Source: Methanotrichaceae archaeon
GTDB taxonomy: Archaea > Halobacteriota > Methanosarcinia > Methanotrichales > Methanotrichaceae
Direction of reading: 5' to 3'
NCBI GenBank assembly: GCA_963813075.1
Contig: CAWEXU010000012.1
Location: 1-41,356, forward strand
Length of the DNA: 41,356 nt
Positions within the stretch are counted from its first letter, which is position 1, and each line of letters opens with the position of its first letter. The position numbers and the translations under genes are program-made. Below are positions 10,070 through 20,187 of this stretch, piece by piece. Under the pieces are notes generated by a model that saw only the letters and a list, made by a program, of their open reading frames with translations, did no database searches and had not been told where the DNA came from.

Positions 10070-11257
10070 ATGGTCACCCTGGAGAAGATAGCTCACCTGG
10101 CTGCAGATTGCGTATTCGACTCTCTCGGGCCGGGCATAAATGTCAACCGGGAGAAGCTCTCAACCCTGGGAGAGGGAACTCGTCATGATGTATGCGCATC
10201 CACCTACTCCCCTCGCGATTCGCCCCTGCCCGGGATATGCCATGCCTTCACCCAGGATGGCAGGTGCGTGAGCCTCTTCAAGACCCTTTATACCAACCAC
10301 TGCAGCCATCAGTGCAACTACTGCATCAATGCCACCAACTGCAGCCGCAGGGTGCAAACCTTCTCCTATACTCCGGATGAGCTGGCCAGGATCACCATCT
10401 CCCTGTACCGCTCTAACTACATCGAGGGCCTCTTTTTGAGCTCTGGCGCGGGCAGGGATGAGGAGCTGATCATGGAGAGGATGATAGAGACGCTGGAGAG
10501 GCTGAGAAACCAGTATAGCTTTTCTGGATATATTCATCTCAAGATTCTTCCCGGCTCCTCCCAGGCCCATATTCAGCAGGCGATGGAGCTGGCGGACAGG
10601 GTGAGCATAAACCTGGAGGCTGCGAGCGCCTCGCATCTGAATGAGATCTGCGCCACCAAGAGCTATGAGAATGATATCCTGCAGAGGCAGAAGTACATTC
10701 GAGACCTGAGGACGGATGGCAATCTGCCCGCGGGCCAGACCACCCAGATGGTGGTGGGAGCAGCGGGGGAGAGCGATCAGGAGATCTTCAAACGAATCCT
10801 TTATGAGTATGAGGAGATCGGGGTCAAAAGGGCCTACTACAGCGCATTTTCTCCCCTGTTGGGCACGGCATTCGAGTCCCGAGAAGGCCAGCCCCTCTGG
10901 CGGGAGCACCGACTCTATCAGATGGACTGGCTCTACCGGATCTACCACTTCTCTCCGGGCGATATTCACATGGCATTTGACGAGGAAGGCTTTCTCTCCA
11001 ACTCCGACCCCAAGCTGGCCATAGCCAGGGAGCTACTGGATTCACCGGTGGATCCCAATGTGGCCCCCTACCGGGAGCTTGTCCGGGTGCCTGGCATCGG
11101 GCCCCGGAGCGCAAAGAGAATCGTAGCCCTGAGAAAGACGAAGAAAATCGTCGCGAAAAGAGATCTTCAGGCCCTGGGGGTAGTGATCAAAAGAGCGGCT
11201 CCCTTTTTGAATATCAACGGCTGGAGGGATGCCACCCTGGAGATGTGGTCAGGATGA
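10070..11257 (+). CDS. Putative DNA modification/repair radical SAM protein with helix-hairpin-helix (TIGR03916-like)
   Basis: GICHAFTQDGRCVSLFK, CSHQCNYC, YIEGLFLSSG, GYIHLK, REHRLYQMDWL, LVRVPGIGPRSA. Confidence 0.9.
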   Translation: MVTLEKIAHLAADCVFDSLGPGINVNREKLSTLGEGTRHDVCASTYSPRDSPLPGICHAFTQDGRCVSLFKTLYTNHCSHQCNYCINATNCSRRVQTFSYTPDELARITISLYRSNYIEGLFLSSGAGRDEELIMERMIETLERLRNQYSFSGYIHLKILPGSSQAHIQQAMELADRVSINLEAASASHLNEICATKSYENDILQRQKYIRDLRTDGNLPAGQTTQMVVGAAGESDQEIFKRILYEYEEIGVKRAYYSAFSPLLGTAFESREGQPLWREHRLYQMDWLYRIYHFSPGDIHMAFDEEGFLSNSDPKLAIARELLDSPVDPNVAPYRELVRVPGIGPRSAKRIVALRKTKKIVAKRDLQALGVVIKRAAPFLNINGWRDATLEMWSG

Positions 11258-11920
11258 GGATGCCCAATGATTATTCCCGCTACCTTTCCATGCATGAAAA
11301 ATCAAGCGAAAGGCTGCTAATTCGGGCGGAGTCCTTCACCGCTCGTGAATTGGAGCTCTCGTCCAGATCCAGAGGCCGTGAGCCTGAGAAGGATGGTCTA
11401 TGCGGTGATGGGGGAGGTGCACAGGATGAAGGCCTTCATCAGGCTCCAGCCCCTGGGGGACCGGGTTTTATGGGGCTATATTAAACCCAGACACCGGATC
11501 GGAAGGCATATCAGCGAGCACTTCGCCCGCCGGAATCCGGGCACGATCATCGTCCTGGGAAACGGCAGCGAGAGCTGGACGGCATTCTTCCGGCAGGGCA
11601 GGATATTGATAGATCGCGGAAGGGGATTGAATGAGACCCTGGATAGACTGAAATCTGCCCTGAAGATACCGGAAAAAGAGAAAGAGGCGGATGCAGAGGG
11701 TGCCGATATAGACGGTCCGGATGCAAATGGTCTGGATGCGGACGATATCTGGCAGACCTATTACGACAGCCAGTACTGCCCGGAAAGAAAGAACCTGCAG
11801 GCATTCCGCCAGAGGATGCCCTCAAGGGATCAGCAGTCTGCCGGTCTGCGGCTGGTGCAGAAGAAAAAGGAGATGACTTTGGAGGACTTCCTGGATCCAG
11901 GGAAGGGCAAGATCCACTGA
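11254..11920 (+). CDS. DUF4130 / TIGR03915-like DNA metabolism protein, frameshifted near 11365
   Basis: EVHRMKAFIRL, P.H.I...ISEHFARR, DIWQTYYDS...PERKNLQAFRQRMP. This family is the usual downstream partner of the radical SAM gene, and its ATG overlaps that gene's stop. Confidence 0.8.
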
Positions 11921-12064
11921 GCAGCAGCAAGATCTCCAGCCGGGTCAAGATCCTGGAACTGGAGCCCTCCAGAGCCGCTGATGATTATGCCGCCATTCAG
12001 AAGGGCGTCCAGCCAAGCCGAATGGCTGCCATTCAGGTGTCCATCCAGGTCCATCCGGATACGA

Positions 12065-13068
12065 TCAACTCTTTCTCTTCCTCCGGGCTCCTTCCACCCC
12101 CAGACATACCATGGCTAGAGCCAGTAATGCTCCAAAGCCTGGAGTAAACTCGGTGGCATCTTCTACCGCTCCACTGCTGCAAACTCGCTGACCTCCATCT
12201 CCTTGGCTTCTGCCACCTACTCTGCTACCACGAATCCGCCGGTCCTCGTCCCTCTGGTTGCCATCCTCTCCTTTTCGGTCAGCATGGTGGTGGCATTGAG
12301 AAGCACGCTATCCTGGCCCCCTCCGACGACGACAGAGTCGCTCCAGATCAGCACATCGACGAAGTAGTTGTATTTATCAGGAACCGTGAGGTTCACGCTC
12401 CTAATTTCCGTACCATCGGGAATGATATTTCCCGTGCTGCTCCACTGCTTGTCCGCCACCAGCCTGGAGTCCATGTCTGTGGCCTTTATCATTAGCTGGT
12501 AGTCCTTGCTGGTCTTGGCTCCCGAGTTTGTGACGTAAATGTCGCTTTGTATGACCACCTTCTCATCCGAGACCTTCCTCACCATAAAGTCGATTCCATC
12601 GATCCTCAGGCCGGTAATCATGGTGTCTGCCGGCAGGCTCTCCAGATTGTAGACCGTCCTGCTCCCCCAATCGACCTCTTTTCCGTCTTCGAACAGAGTG
12701 GCTACGAGCTTATAGCCGCCTTTCTTGGGAAGCACCAGCGTCTGAGTGGTGTTTATGGTCTGGCCGGAATTCATCTTCCCCAAAAAGGTCGATGTCTGGT
12801 TGGTCAGGAAATCCTTGCTCGTATCTGTGGCCTTCAATTGAAGGGTCAGATTCTTGCTGGTCCTGGGAACGGTGCTCTCTTTGTATTCGATATAAGTCGT
12901 GATGTTCAGCTCAATGGAGGAGGTTTTCGTCTCGCCCTGAACGATTTCCATATTCTTTACATTTAAGATAACCGGATTCCTCGGTGTACTCTCGAGGCAT
13001 CCGCTGAATACGACCACTGTGACTAATGATATTATCAGCAGCAATGGTCCAAAATGATTTCGGATCAA
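12065..13068 (-). CDS. PGF-CTERM-anchored surface lipoprotein; C-terminus disrupted by an in-frame TAG at 12217 and a frameshift
   Basis: Lipobox-like FSGC and Ig-like beta strands. Downstream in another frame: DATEFTPGFGALLALAMVCLGVEGARRKRKS* (PGF motif, TM segment, basic tail). Confidence 0.75.
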
Positions 13069-13099
13069 AACAATCCCTATATAGTTATTCTTCCTGAAT

Positions 13100-14230
13100 C
13101 TATTTAAAAACTTTCCTTGTGGGAAGAACGCTCGCTGCTATGCCCAGAATCGGGCCCAGGATCATTCCCGACCCACCCAGGAGAGCTATGGTTCCGATGA
13201 CTGCCAGGAGAGATCTCTGCAGGATTCCGGCCTCCCCTCTGGCCAGGCGGATGCATCGCCACTCCGAGAAGTGCATGGAAGAGGATTATGGCCATGGTGA
13301 TATAGACCTCCGGGCCAAAGGGAGCGCGGGTGAGGCTGTAGATCATCTGAGTGAGGACCAGAGAGCTGGTGGCAAGAAACAGAAAGCCGGCTAAAGTTCC
13401 CGCCAGGCTAAACGGGCTGCGGCGACTTGCCCCTCCAGTAGATGAGGCCTCCGGCGATCAAAGCCACCAGAAAGGGGATGAGGATCATGAAAAGGCTCTG
13501 CCCTTCCCAGAGGTAGACCGATGCGATCTGTATTGGCGCTATCATCCGGTCGGTGAAGCTGAACTCCTCGCGATAGCCCACCACCAGGCTGTAGTGCCCC
13601 TCTCTTTGCGCATCAACTGCCTCCGCGGCCAATGAAGCTACTTCTTTGCTGTTGTTCATGCCGCTTTCATAGACCGCAGCATAATAACGGCCTGACTGAG
13701 GAGCGGAGAGGTTGATCTCTGCCAGCTTTATGTAGCTGCTGGGCCCAAAAGGCTCATAGGTTGCCGTTTCCTCCCTTCCATCGGCTGCCAGGACTCCCAG
13801 ATCCGTTCAGGCTCTCAGGAAGGACAATATTTTCCGGCAGGACGGTATTTTCTGGAAGAACGATGCCTTCCGGCTGCCCGGCAGTAGTGCTGCTGCTCTG
13901 CCCGATGCCCGGCCCCATCAAGACGAGCATTGGCTGAAAGCCCTCATCCGCTGGATCTGTGGACTTGAGAAGCCCAAGGTAGATCCTATCTCCTTCTTTG
14001 AAATCAAAGCTGAAATAATGTTCCGTTTCGTTATCCAGAGCGGCATAGACCGCCCAGGATTTGGCCGGATTAGAGATATGAATGGCTGTGGAGATATCCT
14101 CATTTCCTCCACCTATCAGTGGCACGTGGCCAGCGGCAGCGAATGAAAGCAGGAGCAGGACAAGCAATAGAGTGGAGACTACTTTCTGGCGGGCAACACA
14201 TCCTTGAGCAACACATTCTCGCATAGCCAT
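13100..14230 (-). CDS. Conserved membrane protein with an extracellular N-terminal domain, broken by at least 3 frameshifts
   Basis: Consecutive fragments: signal+HVP...NPAKSWAVY (13754..14230); YEPFGPSSY...GHYSLVVGYREEFS+TM (to 13408); TM pieces (13104..13346); final TM ...ASVLPTRKVFK* ending at 13100. Confidence 0.6.
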
Positions 14231-14320
14231 TCTATCAGTATTGAATATTTCGGCTTATGCAGAAGGTTTATCTTTTAGCCAGTTGATCAATTATTCAGTT
14301 AAATGAGTGGAGGTTATGAT

Positions 14321-15262
14321 ATGACAGGGAAAAACTGGATATTCCTGGGTCTGTTGTTCATTGCAGGATGGCTTTGCACGGGTTCATGCCTGGCGCAAAA
14401 TAATACAACTGCCGATGGAGTTTTAGATGCAGCCGGGGAACTGGGCCTGACAGAGTTCTCAGAACTGATAGAAAGCACTGGATTTGCCAATACTCTGGAC
14501 AACCAGGGCGTTCTTCTCATCGGCTCCGGATCATTTGTGATCTTCGCCCCCAGCGATGAGGCTTTTGCCGCTGTTGATGACATGGCTATGAACACTCTCG
14601 TGGAGAACCAGACGGAGCTATTAAGGGTCCTCTCCTATCATGCGGTCTGGAACAGCGGCGGCTTTGTGAACATCTCCGACATTGATAGCGCAAGGACTCT
14701 TCAGGGCGAGAACCTGAGCATCAACAACACCGGTGGTCTGATGGTGAATGGCGCCAATGTCACAGAGAGCATGGAGTATGATAACGGCATCATCTACGTG
14801 ATCGACAGGGTACTGATGCCTGAGAAGAGTTCAATGGCCGGCGTGGCAGAAGCCGCAGAGAGCCTGGAGGCAGTGGACTTTGCCTCCGCCATTGAAGCTG
14901 AGGGTTTGGAGGAGAGGCTGAACGGCCAGGGCCTGATGGGAATTGCCACCCTGGCAGAAGGGCCGTTTACCATCTTCGCCCCCAGTGATGAGGCATTTGA
15001 TGCTGCCAGGTCCGCCGTCGACTCGGTCAAAAAACAGGACATGGGAATGGTAGACCTGCTTGGCTACCACATGGTAGAGGCAAAGGACCTCATCAATATG
15101 ACCGACTCCGGCTCTGCCAAGAGCCTGCAGGGAGAGTCTCTGGCAGTAGATTCCGCCAGCGGCTACGTGAGCACGGCCAGGGTATTGGGATCCGAGAGAT
15201 ACAGTAACGGCATCGTCTACCTGATAGACCAGGTTTTAGTGCCCATAAGCCTGAGCCTGTAA
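14321..15262 (+). CDS. Secreted protein with two fasciclin (FAS1) domains
   Basis: Two copies of FxIFAPSDEAF, YH and NGIxYxIDxVL; signal peptide; GGAGG RBS. Confidence 0.92.
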   Translation: MTGKNWIFLGLLFIAGWLCTGSCLAQNNTTADGVLDAAGELGLTEFSELIESTGFANTLDNQGVLLIGSGSFVIFAPSDEAFAAVDDMAMNTLVENQTELLRVLSYHAVWNSGGFVNISDIDSARTLQGENLSINNTGGLMVNGANVTESMEYDNGIIYVIDRVLMPEKSSMAGVAEAAESLEAVDFASAIEAEGLEERLNGQGLMGIATLAEGPFTIFAPSDEAFDAARSAVDSVKKQDMGMVDLLGYHMVEAKDLINMTDSGSAKSLQGESLAVDSASGYVSTARVLGSERYSNGIVYLIDQVLVPISLSL

Positions 15263-15291
15263 GCCTGAAAGGCGTTTAGCCGCCACAGGGG

Positions 15292-16089
15292 TTAATTCTC
15301 GGGATCGGGGACTGGGCCAGTGCCCAGCCCTCGATCCCGAATTTCAAAGACGTCATCAGCACTGATGGTCAGGGGCTTAGAGGGAGTGAAGCTCGGATAA
15401 ACGGGGTCATAGCCCAGCCAACTGTAGGCTCCCGCATGGATAATGTCGTTGCTGCTGATGTTCATATTTTTTGATATATGGAACGTTCCGATGTACTCCT
15501 CTTCCAATTCCAGGGTGGGGTTCTTCCAGGCATTGGCCTTGCTGCCAGCAGCCTGACCCGACATCGACTGAGAGTGGTCTGCCTGAAATGCACCGATATT
15601 GACCTTACCTTCAGTAACAGTCTCATCGATCTTCATTCCAATGAACGTCGAGCTGACCTCTGTCGAATCGCCCTCCTGGTAGCTTCTTTCTGATACTATG
15701 TACTCTGCCGAGCCCGAGACCTCCCTGGCGGATTGGATGGAGTGATGCAAGGAGGCTGGAGACGAGCCCTTATTGACCACCTCAGTCCGGCTGGAGACGG
15801 GAGCAAAATAGGCGATGGGATGAGATGAATAATAGCCGTTTTCGGCGGTGATGTTCGCTGTTGAGTTGGTGTTGGAGTGGTTGATATTGTTTTGGAGTTG
15901 GAGATGAATGGATGAAGCGGAAACTCTATTCAGTTGATCCAGCTGATCCAACCGATCCTCTTGGGCTGCTGCACAGCCTATCAGGGCTATTTCGATCGCC
16001 ACCAGGGCGCAGATGATGGCCATACACGGCACTGCTCTGGATCTACTGATCCGATGAGGAATGAGTGAAAATATCGCTTTTATTGTCAT
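15292..16089 (-). CDS. Secreted hypothetical protein (start uncertain)
   Basis: Long ORF with a hydrophobic segment (MAIICALVAIEIALIGCAAA) followed by a Ser/Asn-rich beta region. Confidence 0.6.
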   Translation of the reverse strand: MTIKAIFSLIPHRISRSRAVPCMAIICALVAIEIALIGCAAAQEDRLDQLDQLNRVSASSIHLQLQNNINHSNTNSTANITAENGYYSSHPIAYFAPVSSRTEVVNKGSSPASLHHSIQSAREVSGSAEYIVSERSYQEGDSTEVSSTFIGMKIDETVTEGKVNIGAFQADHSQSMSGQAAGSKANAWKNPTLELEEEYIGTFHISKNMNISSNDIIHAGAYSWLGYDPVYPSFTPSKPLTISADDVFEIRDRGLGTGPVPDPEN

Positions 16090-16200
16090 TTGTCCTTTAG
16101 CTCCCTCTTGGGCTCTATTGGCCCCTGAACATATATTTTGATCGGTTGGAACTGGACGGGATGCAATTCCAGGAGTAAGGTGCAAGACAAACAGAAGCGA

Positions 16201-16614
16201 TTAAGGATTGTTGACGGATGGATAGATGACCAGATTTCTGTCGCGAGTTAAGATCGATGATATTATCCAGTCCATCAGGTCCGGCAGCCGGCAGAGAATG
16301 TGCTCGAGATTAGTGGATACGGGATACCCTCTTCCCTCCGAAGAACGCTTACCGTCAAAGCCATTCAAGATGGAATCGTTGATCCCTTCATCAAAAAGCG
16401 AGCTTAGCTCTCCTTTTCCGTTCAGAGCGAAACCGTCGATGATATGTGTCTTTATATCCTCTCCTTGAAAGTCGCAGGTTTGAATGCATAAAGCTGCCCG
16501 GCCTCCCTCAGATAGTATAAAGAAGTACCGTCCGGGATTGTCCAGGAGTTCATTTTGCAGCTTTTTGCGGCTGACCTCAATTCCAATCTTTATCATAATC
16601 CCCAAATCCCACAT
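16201..16614 (-). CDS. Hypothetical protein
   Basis: 137-aa ORF with a protein-like composition and an AT-rich TATA-like region upstream; no family recognised. Confidence 0.5.
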   Translation of the reverse strand: MWDLGIMIKIGIEVSRKKLQNELLDNPGRYFFILSEGGRAALCIQTCDFQGEDIKTHIIDGFALNGKGELSSLFDEGINDSILNGFDGKRSSEGRGYPVSTNLEHILCRLPDLMDWIISSILTRDRNLVIYPSVNNP

Positions 16615-16872
16615 AGCCCGTAATATAACATTAAATAATTAACAATCAAGGGTTATATGTTTTTTGGTCGTCTCTTTATAAGCGGGATATATAGTGGAAT
16701 ATATATTCATCATTATTGCTAGCTGGCAGAGCTATTTTCTCCGGAAAATGCATAGAGCCTAAAATATTTTAAGGCATCAGGTGAGACGCACCGATAAAGG
16801 GTTAATATGGGTATAGGGGATAGCTCGATCTGGAGGATGGATTCGAACATCGATCCATGAGGATTCTGTCTT

Positions 16873-17478
16873 ATGAGGCTGATTGAGATTTTTCGTTCAA
16901 TGCAGGGCGAAGGCCCGGCCATGGGGAGGCCGGCCTTATTCATCCGGCTATCAGGCTGCAACCTGAGATGTGCTGGATGCGACACCGATCTCAAGCCATC
17001 CCTGGACCTATCCATTGCCCAGCTGCTGGAGAGAATTGAGGGCCAGGGGAAGAGAGTGATCATAACCGGTGGGGAGCCGACGCTGCAGATGGAGGAGCTA
17101 TCGGATCTGATCTGCAGGCTGCACCGTCAGGGAATGGAGATTCATATCGAGAGCAATGGCACCAATATAATCCCACAGGAGACCCTGGAGAAGATCAGCT
17201 GCGCAGTGGTGAGCCCCAAGAGGGGATCGAACTTTCATCTCGAATTCTGGGCGAATAAGGAGAATGTGCATCTCAAATTCGTCCTGGGAAAGCCAGACTG
17301 GTGCTGGAGAGCGGAGGAATTGAAAGATCTCATCCCCACCCTTGACCGGGAGAGAGTGTGGATAATGGCTTATGGCGCCGATCAGGGAATGCAGAACGCT
17401 AAGGAGGCCTGGGACCTGGCACTGGAGCTTGAGGCCAACTACTCCGATCGCCTGCATATCAGATTGAAAAGAAGCTGA
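16873..17478 (+). CDS. queE: 7-carboxy-7-deazaguanine synthase (radical SAM)
   Basis: EIFRSMQGEG, FIRLSGCNLRCAGCDT, IITGGEP, IESNG, VSPK, RLH. Confidence 0.9.
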   Translation: MRLIEIFRSMQGEGPAMGRPALFIRLSGCNLRCAGCDTDLKPSLDLSIAQLLERIEGQGKRVIITGGEPTLQMEELSDLICRLHRQGMEIHIESNGTNIIPQETLEKISCAVVSPKRGSNFHLEFWANKENVHLKFVLGKPDWCWRAEELKDLIPTLDRERVWIMAYGADQGMQNAKEAWDLALELEANYSDRLHIRLKRS

Positions 17479-17655
17479 AATCAACAAAATCCGCTTCAGG
17501 AGAAGCTCATCTGCTGGTAAATAGGGGATGGACCCGCCCGCAGGGAGTAATCAGAAGGGGTTTAGGCTCGGGCGGTCTAACTCATAGTAGTATCGGTGGC
17601 TATGAATAGCTTGGCCGTGCAGGGCGAAAGTGAGGACAGTTGGAGGAGGAGCTTC

Positions 17656-18012
17656 ATGAAGTCGATGATAATTGAGGTCGAAGGAAAGGGAAGGGCCCTG
17701 GCAGAGCTGGATGAGAGAAATCCGGGCATCAGAGAGGCCATATGGCAGGCGCTGCCCATAGAAGGCAGGGCGGTCATCTGGGGCGAGGAGGTCTACTTCG
17801 ATCTCTCTCTGCAGATGAAGGACGAGAATCCATCCCCTTCCTCTGAGGCAGGAGACATATGTTACTGGTCGCCAGGTCCTGCTTTTTGCATATTCTATGG
17901 CCAGACTCAGCCTTATTCCAGGGTTAACCACATCGGAAAGGTGGTGCAGGGCCTGGACCTATTCGAGAGGGTCAGGGCAAAAGATCGGATAGTCCTGAAA
18001 AGAATCCTATAA
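17656..18012 (+). CDS. Cyclophilin-like fold protein (DUF369-like)
   Basis: ALPIEGRAVIWGEEVYF, GDICYWSPGPAFCIFYGQT, VNHIGK; GGAGG RBS. Confidence 0.85.
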   Translation: MKSMIIEVEGKGRALAELDERNPGIREAIWQALPIEGRAVIWGEEVYFDLSLQMKDENPSPSSEAGDICYWSPGPAFCIFYGQTQPYSRVNHIGKVVQGLDLFERVRAKDRIVLKRIL

Positions 18013-18069
18013 CATTTAAATATTGGGAGCTGAGATACGGGATAGCTGTCGCAGGGCATGCGACAGGGA

Positions 18070-18141
18070 GCGGCTGTGGTCCAGCGGTTATGACATGAGC
18101 TTCCCAAGCTCGTAACCCGGGTTCGAATCCCGGCAGCCGCA
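18070..18141 (+). tRNA. tRNA-Gly (anticodon CCC), no intron, CCA not encoded
   Basis: Acceptor GCGGCTG/CAGCCGC+A; anticodon arm TGAGC-TTCCCAA-GCTCG; T arm CCGGG-TTCGAAT-CCCGG; TTTAAATA box at ~18015. Confidence 0.97.
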
Positions 18142-18148
18142 CGTCTTT

Positions 18149-19708
18149 TCACTCTGATACCGCCTTCTTCCTCAGCAGCCGGTTATAGGCTATGGCGAAC
18201 CTGTGCGCCTCATCCCTTATCTCCTGCAGATAAAGCGACGCCTTTTCATTCTTCTTGATATCCAGCGGCCCGTCCAGCCCTGGCACATATATCTCCTCCT
18301 CCCTTTTGGCCAGGGATATGATTGGGACCTTAACTCTCATATCCCTGAGCACCCGCAGGGCTGAGCTCAGCTGGCCCGAGCCGCCATCGATGACGATCAG
18401 GTCCGGAAACTGCTTGTTCTCTTTTTTCAGGCGGGAGTAGCGCCTGCGCACCACTTCGGCGATGGAGGCGAAGTCGTCCACTCCCTGCACATCCCTGATC
18501 TTGAAGCGGCGGTAGTTGCTCTTGTCCGGCTTTCCGTTCCTGAACTGGACCATAGAGCCCACAGTAAAGGAGCCGGCCAGGTGGGAGATATCAAAGCACT
18601 CTATGACCTCGGGCTTTTTGGGGAGATTCAATGCTTCCTGAAGAGCGAATAGCTTTGCCCGATCTCCATAGAAGCTTATCTCCAGATTCATTTGGGCGAG
18701 CAGGAGAAGCTCCTTTTTCTCTCCCTGCCTGGGGACGGTGACACGAACCTTCTTTCCCCTGACATGAGCCAGAAACTCCACCAAAGAATCATCGAATGGC
18801 TCCGGAACGATCAGCTCCTCTGGGGGCTCTTTATCCGAGTAGTACTGGACAATGAACTCCTCTAAGAAATCCTCGCTGCTGGGAAACTGATAAACCTCCT
18901 TTCCCTCCAGTGTGCCCCGGTAGACCTTGAAGAGCATGAGATAGACATTCTCGCCATCTATGGAATAGCTGAGGACATCCTGGTCGTACTTGCGGTTATG
19001 CTCGACCCTCTGCCTCTCCTGAAGGTGCTCGAGGGCATTGATCTCATCCCGCAGCTCAATTGCCCGCTCATAATCCTGCCGGCAGGCCCTGCTCATCATC
19101 TCCTCTTTCATGGAGCCGATCAGCTCTGCCGTCTTCCCGCTCAGGGCTGATTTGGCCCTCTCTACCCGGGCCTGGTAATCCTTCTCCGCTATCTTGCCGA
19201 TGCAGGGACCTGAGCAGTGGCCGAGATGATAGCGCAGACAAGCTCTCTTAGGGAGGCGCTTGCAGGTGCGCAGGCCAAAGGCTTTGCGCACTATCTGGAA
19301 GACGAATCCCCTCTCTTTGGCGGATACAAAGGGGCCATAGAATGAGCCCTGGCCCTGGGCTTTGCGGGATATTCTGATCCGGGGGAACTGTTCATCAGTG
19401 AGGTGGATGGAGGCATAGCGGGAGGAGTCCTTGAGCTTGATGTTATAGCGGGGCTGGTGCTTCTTGATGAGGGTGTTCTCCAAAAGAAGGGCTTCAACCT
19501 CGGTGTTTGTGACGATGAAGTCCATCCCTTTTATCGCCGCCACCAGGGCTGCGGTCCTTGGGCCGTGGTTTTGCTTTTGAAAATAGTTGGCGACACGCTT
19601 TTTTAGGTCTCTTGCCTTGCCCACATATATGATATTGCCTATATTGTCAGGGCTGTCCCGGAATAGGTAGCACCCGGGGAGGTGGGGTAGGGAGTCCAGG
19701 GAGATCAT
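18149..19708 (-). CDS. uvrC: Excinuclease ABC subunit C
   Basis: GIY-YIG (PGCYLF...IYVGKARDLKKRV, EALLLE, PRYN), UVR domain, RNase H-like (IECFDISH, DLIVIDGG, RDEAHRFA). Confidence 0.96.
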   Translation of the reverse strand: MISLDSLPHLPGCYLFRDSPDNIGNIIYVGKARDLKKRVANYFQKQNHGPRTAALVAAIKGMDFIVTNTEVEALLLENTLIKKHQPRYNIKLKDSSRYASIHLTDEQFPRIRISRKAQGQGSFYGPFVSAKERGFVFQIVRKAFGLRTCKRLPKRACLRYHLGHCSGPCIGKIAEKDYQARVERAKSALSGKTAELIGSMKEEMMSRACRQDYERAIELRDEINALEHLQERQRVEHNRKYDQDVLSYSIDGENVYLMLFKVYRGTLEGKEVYQFPSSEDFLEEFIVQYYSDKEPPEELIVPEPFDDSLVEFLAHVRGKKVRVTVPRQGEKKELLLLAQMNLEISFYGDRAKLFALQEALNLPKKPEVIECFDISHLAGSFTVGSMVQFRNGKPDKSNYRRFKIRDVQGVDDFASIAEVVRRRYSRLKKENKQFPDLIVIDGGSGQLSSALRVLRDMRVKVPIISLAKREEEIYVPGLDGPLDIKKNEKASLYLQEIRDEAHRFAIAYNRLLRKKAVSE

Positions 19709-19842
19709 CTTTCAATACCTGTTGGATGACTCAATTATTAAGCCTTCGCGCATAGCTCAGGTCGCATGCTGGAGACGAATGGGTCGGAAAAGAATTAAAG
19801 GTACCAATATCTATATAAACTTAGACTCCAATAGATTACTTG

Positions 19843-19998
19843 ATGCCCAAGACCACACTGACCCTATCCGAGCCGGTGGCCAAGACGCTCAAGGTCTACA
19901 CGGTGAAGTCCAAAGGCAATATGCATGCTCAGAGCCAGGTGGTGGAAGAGGCATTGATTGAGTTTTTCAAGAGGCATGGAATCCAGATAGAGGACTGA
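19843..19998 (+). CDS. Small ribbon-helix-helix (CopG/Arc-like) protein, 51 aa; not in the ORF track
   Basis: MPKTTLTLSEPVAKTLKVYTVKSKGNMHAQSQVVEEALIEFFKRHGIQIED*: alternating beta strand then two helices with an SxVVxEAL motif; TATATAAA about 30 nt upstream. Confidence 0.7.
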   Translation: MPKTTLTLSEPVAKTLKVYTVKSKGNMHAQSQVVEEALIEFFKRHGIQIED

Positions 19999-20187
19999 AT
20001 CATAAGGGTAGGAATCCGGACTCTAGCAGCCAATATTGAGCCATTTTATTTAGATGATAAAAGAATCTTGGATCCCCCGATATCGATGCTAATGCATCTG
20101 TATACTTCATATTCAAAGACTTTATATCTTATTATTTCTAAAAAGAGGTTGACTATATCTAGAACAATATACACTGGATGGATAAAA

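Noticed and set aside
11830..12054. 74-aa ORF downstream of the PGF-CTERM gene
   Set aside because: Overlaps the DUF4130 3' end on the opposite strand and has no recognisable features; cannot be supported.
16873..17478. queE as part of a Dpd-type 7-deazaguanine DNA modification island
   Set aside because: No queC, queD, folE or dpdA nearby; archaea need QueE for archaeosine, so a housekeeping role is the simplest explanation.
18070..18141. tRNA-Gly as the integration site of a mobile element
   Set aside because: No integrase and no duplicated tRNA 3' end seen in the window; the flanking genes are housekeeping.
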